Assembly: GCA_028874175.1 (NCBI GenBank)
Contig: JAPPLN010000087.1
Location: 6,977-70,976, forward strand
Direction: 5' to 3'
DNA from: Chloroflexota bacterium
Lineage (GTDB): Bacteria; Chloroflexota; UBA11872
DNA: 64,000 bases
Part shown: in pieces, positions 59,020-64,000 of the stretch
Position numbering within the stretch: position 1 is the stretch's first letter
Layout of the letters: each line of letters opens with the position of its first letter
The notes under the pieces: generated by a model
Told to the model about the DNA's origin: nothing
The model's database searches: none
Seen by the model: the letters and a program-made list of their open reading frames with translations, nothing else
Position numbers and translations under genes: made by a program

Positions 59020-60360
59020 CTACGAACGGTCACGCAGCTGCGGGAAAAGGATGACCTCGCGGATGTTGGTGACGCCCGCCAGCGCCATGACCAGCCGGTC
59101 CACGCCGAGCCCAAGCCCGCCGGCCGGGGGCATGCCGTGTTCGAGCGCAAGCAGGAAGTCCTCGTCAACCGGGGTAGCGTCGGCGCCGTAGCGTGCCGAG
59201 GCTTGTTCCTCCATGCGAGCGCGCTGCTCCAGCGGATCGTTGAGCTCGGTGTACGCGTTGGCCATCTCCATCCCGTTGACGAACACCTCAAATCGTTCGA
59301 TGTAGCGCGGATCGTCCGGACAGCGCTTGGCCAGTGGTGCCGTCTCTGTCGGGTATCGCTCCAGGAATGTGGGCTGGACGAATGTTGGCTCGACAAGCGT
59401 TTTCATGAGTTCGTCCAGCAGCTTCGCGCGCGACCAGGAGGGATCGACCGGGATCTCGTTGGCTTTGGCGGCATCCTTGAGCGCCGAAGTGCTGCCGTCC
59501 CGTTCCAGATCTACCCTGGTGCTTGCGAGGAGAGCGTCACGATAGGTCACGCGACGCCAGGGCGGCGTGAAATCGAGAACACGGTCGTCGAACTGGATTT
59601 GCCTGGTTCCGCAGGCGGCCTCCGCGGCGGCCGCGACGAGCTGTTGGGCGAGTTCGCGCATGTCACCGAGGTCCGCAAAGGCCTGGTAGCACTCGAGCAT
59701 GGTGAATTCGGGGCAGTGCGAGCTGTCGATGCCCTCGTTTCTGAAGTTCTTGCAGATTTCATAGACACGTTCGTAGCCGGCAACCAGCAGGCGCTTGAGG
59801 TAGAGCTCATCGGCGATTCGCAAGTAGTAGTCGCGATTCAAGGCGGCGTATGTGGTCACGAACGGGGTTGCGGCTCCGCCGCCGTAAACCGGCTGAAGCG
59901 TTGGAGTCTCGACTTCCAGGAACCCGTGGTCGTCAAGGACCCGGCGCAGGGCCGACACAATCGATGTTCGCGCTTCGAATCGGCGGCGAACGTCGTCATT
60001 GGCCAGGATGTCGAGATAGCGCTGGCGGAAGCGTGTTTCGGCGTCGTGAAGGCCGTGCCACTTTGCGGGAAGCGGGCGAAGGGCCTTGGCTGCCACCTGC
60101 AAGCGCTCCACCCGGACGCTGGGTTCGGCGGTGCGGGTGCGGAAGAGGGGGCCGCCGGCCGAGACGAAGTCGCCAACGTCGAGTACTTCGAGCGCGTGTC
60201 GATAGGCGACCTGGCCCAGGGATTGCTGATTCAGGAAGAGTTGGACTTCGCCCGATCCGTCGCGGAGTTGGGCGAAGGAGGTTCCGCCCATGCGGCGCAG
60301 GCCCACCAGGCGGCCGGCCACGACTACGTCGGGAGGCGGCTCGTCATCAACCCGGGCCAC
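59020..60360 (-). CDS. lysS: Lysyl-tRNA synthetase, class II
   Basis: OB-fold N-terminus; motif 2 (FRNEGIDSSHCPEFTMLE) and motif 3 (GLGLGVDRLVM). Confidence 0.9.
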   Translation of the reverse strand: MARVDDEPPPDVVVAGRLVGLRRMGGTSFAQLRDGSGEVQLFLNQQSLGQVAYRHALEVLDVGDFVSAGGPLFRTRTAEPSVRVERLQVAAKALRPLPAKWHGLHDAETRFRQRYLDILANDDVRRRFEARTSIVSALRRVLDDHGFLEVETPTLQPVYGGGAATPFVTTYAALNRDYYLRIADELYLKRLLVAGYERVYEICKNFRNEGIDSSHCPEFTMLECYQAFADLGDMRELAQQLVAAAAEAACGTRQIQFDDRVLDFTPPWRRVTYRDALLASTRVDLERDGSTSALKDAAKANEIPVDPSWSRAKLLDELMKTLVEPTFVQPTFLERYPTETAPLAKRCPDDPRYIERFEVFVNGMEMANAYTELNDPLEQRARMEEQASARYGADATPVDEDFLLALEHGMPPAGGLGLGVDRLVMALAGVTNIREVILFPQLRDRS

Positions 60361-60506
60361 GGCCTCCGAGGCGCTGTGGGTTCGCGGCGGCCTGGCGGGG
60401 TAGGCGGTACCTTGCGTCGCTTCGATCTGCTCGAGCTTCGCGCGCCGCGTCTCGAATAGCCGGTCGGCCGCTCCCGCGCCTGAAGGTTCAGCGCCTACGT
60501 CGTCGC

Positions 60507-60995
60507 TCAGCTGATCTCCAGAATCTCATGCGAGTTGGCGCCGCGCGGAGTGTTGACGGTCACCGACTCACCGATTCTGCGTCCGACGAGGGCCTCGCCC
60601 AACGGCGACTCGTTAGAAATCTTGCCGTCTAGGAGGTCAATCTCGTCAGTTCCGACGATGGTGAATTCGCTCTCGCCGTTGGGCGACCTGAGACGCACGG
60701 TGGAGCCGATGCTGACGGTGTCGGACGAGTGGGTGCTAATGACCTCGGCGTCCTTGAGTAGCCGCTCGAGCATCATGATTCGGCCTTCGATAAAGGCTTG
60801 CTCGTTGCGAACCTCATCGGATTCGTTGCCCTCGTTGAGCTCGCCGAACTCCTTGGCTTCGTGGATGCGCTTGATGATGCCGGGCCGCTGGACGGTTTTG
60901 AGGTCGTCCAGTTCGGCCATCAGGCGTGTGCGGCCTTCCTCGGTCAGGAACTTCTTTGCCACGGCGCCGCCTTCGTATCGTCGCGGTTGGGCCAC
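60507..60995 (-). CDS. greA: Transcription elongation factor GreA
   Basis: Coiled-coil N-terminus with acidic tip plus FKBP-like C-terminal domain (VSIGSTVRL). Confidence 0.85.
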   Translation of the reverse strand: MAQPRRYEGGAVAKKFLTEEGRTRLMAELDDLKTVQRPGIIKRIHEAKEFGELNEGNESDEVRNEQAFIEGRIMMLERLLKDAEVISTHSSDTVSIGSTVRLRSPNGESEFTIVGTDEIDLLDGKISNESPLGEALVGRRIGESVTVNTPRGANSHEILEIS

Positions 60996-61056
60996 ATGCG
61001 GGAGCGCGCGTGCGGGCCACCTGGGGGATTCTGGCGAATTATAAGGGAGGGCAGCC

Positions 61057-63054
61057 TCAGGCGTCGGGCCGACCGCTACCGGTGAACGTGAAGCGGGTTT
61101 CCATCAGGTAGCCAGCCTCCCCAGGGTTTTCGCTGGGGGCGTCCCAACTGTGTTCGGTCTGGGTGACTCGCGGCTGAGAGACACCGGCCTCTAACGCACG
61201 AGCCTGCGCGAGGTCCGGGCCGGTTTGCTCGATGTAGCTGCGGGCGGCGGCGATGGAGGCGAAGCGGCGGCGTTCGTTTGGGCCATGGACCACGTAACCG
61301 GTGACGCCCGAGCGCGCGTAGAGCGGTCGCAGGAGAAATTCGACCTGCTCGATAACCTGGCTGGCGGCGGCGCCGACGGCGCTGGCCACGCCGGCGAGGT
61401 CGGGCACCTGGCACTCCGCGTGAAGTCGCCGAGCGACCTTGGGCAGCCACGCCTGGGCGGGCGCGCCAAGGGCGACGATGGGATCGGTTATCTCAAGGCG
61501 TACGTCCAGCGGGTCGCGACGGTGGGTGCGCGAGAGTGAGCGATCGAGGAGAAAGCGGCCCAGCCGGTCGTCGGCGTCGGACGCGCGGTGGTCGAACTCG
61601 GCGACGGCGCGGCGGAGGACGCCTTCGCCGAGTTGTCGGATGACCATTTCGTGGGTGCGAGAGAGGAAGGCTTCGAGGTCGACCCGGCTCTCGCGGGCGG
61701 CGATACGGCAGGCCCGAACGGCGCTATCGACGTCGAATCCCTGGAACTCGCCGCGGGCGTGCAGGACGTCGGTAGGGGTGAGACCGATGCGGCGGACGAG
61801 GCCTCGGGCAATGAGCGAGCGCAAGTTGAGCAGCCGGGCATCCGCCAGCCCGATTCGCTTGGCCAGGGTGGACACGTCGAGCGGGCCTTCGCGCAGGGCA
61901 TCGCAGACATCTTGCTCGGCTGCGGAGCGCACGGCGTTGTCGACGGCGCCGTTGAGGGTGAGGAACTCCCAGACGGGGACGAGGCGGTGGGTGACGTTGT
62001 CGCGGTCGATGCGTGCCACGGATTCGGCGACGGCCGGGTCGGCGGCTGCGGCGGCGGACAGGGGTTTGACCCGTTGGGGGCCGATGCTGAGGTCCAGGGG
62101 GTCGGCGAGGATGCGGCTGTCGCCGCCGATGCCGAACGAGCGCACGTCGGCGGCGCGGACGGCAGTGCGCCAGTCGCTGATGGCGGCGCCCTGGTCGCTG
62201 ATCTTGGGACGGCCGTCGCGCAGGAGGGCGACGTCGGTGGTGGTACCGCCCATGTCGACCACGAGGGCGGCGTCGCGGCCAGTGAGGCGGTGGGCGCCGA
62301 TGGCGCTGGCGGCGGGGCCGGAGAGCAGAGTTTCGACGGGTCGAGCCTTGGCAATGGCCAGCGGCATGACCGCGCCGTCGCCGCGGACGACCATGATGGG
62401 AGCGGCGATGCTGCGTTGGGCGACGCTTCGGTCAATGGCCGTGAGAAGCCGTTCGATTTGGGGGATGAGCCGGGCATTGAGGACGGCGGTGGTGGCGCGG
62501 CGGACGGAGTCGAGGGATCGTCCCACGGCGCCGCCGGCGACGATGGGGCGGTCAGTGAGCTCGGCGACGATCTCGGCGGTGCGGAGTTCGTGCTCGGGGT
62601 TGCGGACAGAGAGGTAGCTGGAGACGGCAAAGGCGTCGACTTGGGCGCGTTGGCGTTCGACGGCGCGGCGGAGAGCGTCTTCGTCGAGAGGAGAGCGTTC
62701 CTCGCCGAAGACGTCGTGGCGGCCGGGAATGAACTCCAGGGCGGCGGCGTGGATGCGGCGGGTGAGGCCGTAGCGACGGAGCATGGCTTCGTCGTAGCCG
62801 ATGAGGAGGGCGCAGACGCGGCCGCCGAGACCTTCGATGGCGGCGTTGGTGGCGAGGGTGGTGGAAAGGGTGACCAGGCTGATCTGGCGACGGTCCGCAC
62901 CTTGCAGACCATCCATAGCGGCGGAGATGCCGACGGCTAAGTCGGCGTGGGTTGTGGGGGTCTTGTGCCATGCGACGACATTGCCGGTGGCGGAGTCGAG
63001 GGCCACGGCGTCGGTGTGAGTGCCGCCGGTGTCAATGCCGAGGATGAGGGCCAT
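61057..63054 (-). CDS. Hydantoinase A-like / ASKHA-fold ATPase (second orphan HyuA-family paralog)
   Basis: LILGIDTGGTHTD and VVDMGGTTTDVAL motifs. The track ORF starts at 63105; M18 fits the family. Confidence 0.7.
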   Translation of the reverse strand: MALILGIDTGGTHTDAVALDSATGNVVAWHKTPTTHADLAVGISAAMDGLQGADRRQISLVTLSTTLATNAAIEGLGGRVCALLIGYDEAMLRRYGLTRRIHAAALEFIPGRHDVFGEERSPLDEDALRRAVERQRAQVDAFAVSSYLSVRNPEHELRTAEIVAELTDRPIVAGGAVGRSLDSVRRATTAVLNARLIPQIERLLTAIDRSVAQRSIAAPIMVVRGDGAVMPLAIAKARPVETLLSGPAASAIGAHRLTGRDAALVVDMGGTTTDVALLRDGRPKISDQGAAISDWRTAVRAADVRSFGIGGDSRILADPLDLSIGPQRVKPLSAAAAADPAVAESVARIDRDNVTHRLVPVWEFLTLNGAVDNAVRSAAEQDVCDALREGPLDVSTLAKRIGLADARLLNLRSLIARGLVRRIGLTPTDVLHARGEFQGFDVDSAVRACRIAARESRVDLEAFLSRTHEMVIRQLGEGVLRRAVAEFDHRASDADDRLGRFLLDRSLSRTHRRDPLDVRLEITDPIVALGAPAQAWLPKVARRLHAECQVPDLAGVASAVGAAASQVIEQVEFLLRPLYARSGVTGYVVHGPNERRRFASIAAARSYIEQTGPDLAQARALEAGVSQPRVTQTEHSWDAPSENPGEAGYLMETRFTFTGSGRPDA

Positions 63055-63465
63055 GGGTGATGTTCGCGCGGATCGGCGGTTTGCGCACGCGGCAGCGTTC
63101 GTCAAGGCGCAACGAGATCAATCCGTTAGATCGCGCCAAGGCCGGATCGCGCGCCATCGACGATGGCTCAAGATCTGAAACACATTGGCTCCCGCACGTT
63201 GGGGTGCCGGCCGCAGTTCGTCGAACTGCAGGCCCGACCCCCGCGCTGCGGTGCCTCCCGCTCGACCCTTGTTCCCCGTTGATGCCCGGGTCCTTCGTAG
63301 CCTCTGACAGGGCTGGCCGCCGGAGTTGGTGGCCGGCGTAAAGACTTCGGAGAAACGGAGGCTGCACCGTCTATGAACCGCTCTGCGGTGAAGGACAGTT
63401 GGTCGATATGTTCGTAAAATGTTCGGTATACTGACTGCGGGCAGGGGCCGCGAAAGGCGTTTGCC

Positions 63466-64000
63466 GTGCGACTGGACATTCGCGAGATCACCTGCCGCAA
63501 CGCGCTCAATCGCGTCCGTGGCATGCCCTTCAAGTGGAGCCTCAACCCCTACCGCGGCTGTAGCCACGCCTGCTGGTATTGCTACGCGCGGGAGACGCAC
63601 ACCTACTTCGACCTGAACGGCGGGCGCGACTTCGAGCGGGTGATATTTGCCAAGGTCAACGTCGCCGAACGGTTGAGGGCCCAGATCCGGTCGCCGCGCT
63701 GGAAGCGCGAAACCGTGGCTGTGGGCGCCGCCACCGATCCCTATCAGCCGGTGGAAGGTCACCTGCGGCTGACCCAGGCCTGCCTGCGGGAGTTCCTGGC
63801 GGCCCGTTCCCCTATCGGACTCATCACCAAGTCAACGCTTATCCGGCGGGACCGGCACTTATTGCAGGACCTGGCGCGAGCGGCCGGGGTGAACGTGACG
63901 GTCTCGATTCCTATCGCAGATCCGCACCTGGCGCGCCGGATCGAGCCGGGCGTGCCGCCGCCCGCCGAGCGCTTTCGGGTGGTGCGGGAACTGGCGGACC
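63466..64000 (+). CDS. Radical SAM protein, SplB-like DNA-repair photolyase family (COG1533-type); 3' end lies outside the window
   Basis: Not in the ORF track (no stop before the window edge). The translation carries CSHACWYCYA (CxxxCxxC) and family-typical downstream sequence. GTG start with AAAGG 7 nt upstream. Confidence 0.65.
   Translation, partial: MRLDIREITCRNALNRVRGMPFKWSLNPYRGCSHACWYCYARETHTYFDLNGGRDFERVIFAKVNVAERLRAQIRSPRWKRETVAVGAATDPYQPVEGHLRLTQACLREFLAARSPIGLITKSTLIRRDRHLLQDLARAAGVNVTVSIPIADPHLARRIEPGVPPPAERFRVVRELAD

Noticed and set aside
1-64000. CRISPR arrays, rRNA or tRNA genes, transposases, integrases, restriction-modification or other recognisable defence genes
   Set aside because: No spacer-repeat periodicity, no rRNA-like or cloverleaf segments recognised, and no ORF with transposase, integrase, methyltransferase or nuclease motifs. 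The only mobile-element-like signal is the HigBA pair.

Overview
High-GC (~68-70%) bacterial chromosomal window, probably a monoderm-type organism: Tat-signal lipoproteins with long tethers, an LCP protein and Rex suggest Chloroflexota/Thermomicrobia or Actinobacteria, but this is not certain. Roughly 35-64 kb is conserved housekeeping. It holds a fatty-acid synthesis cluster (fabH, fabF, accB, bioY, acpP). It holds an 11-gene complex I operon nuoA-C-D-G-H-I-J-K-L-M-N on the minus strand, preceded by rex and a near-consensus Rex operator. It also holds cysteine synthase, serS, lysS, greA, two orphan hydantoinase-A-like genes, ABC-2 exporter genes and a partial radical-SAM SplB-like gene. Roughly 0-9 kb carries cell-envelope and oxidoreductase genes, a HigB/HigA toxin-antitoxin pair and an orphan Liv-type binding protein. 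Roughly 9.5-34.5 kb looks accessory. It holds four phytanoyl-CoA-dioxygenase (PhyH)-family paralogs, one a truncated remnant, plus a beta-propeller glycoside-hydrolase-like gene. It also holds a sulfatase-amidohydrolase-CN-hydrolase operon headed by an orphan sugar-binding lipoprotein. It also holds a second sugar ABC importer operon carrying two unknown proteins plus gamma-glutamyltranspeptidase and a DegT aminotransferase, and a heterodimeric ABC exporter. The most unusual sequence-level signals are (i) two ~85-nt, ~90% identical leaders (strong GGAGGGGGAGG SD plus a stem-loop) in front of otherwise diverged solute-binding lipoproteins; (ii) a duplicated promoter/leader in front of PhyH paralogs; (iii) a perfect 24-bp AT-rich palindrome between fabH and fabF; and (iv) a complex I operon lacking nuoB, nuoE and nuoF. 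No rRNA, tRNA, CRISPR or transposase genes were recognised. Many long ORFs in the six-frame track are antisense artefacts typical of high-GC DNA, and several track ORFs carry N-terminal extensions past the likely true start.
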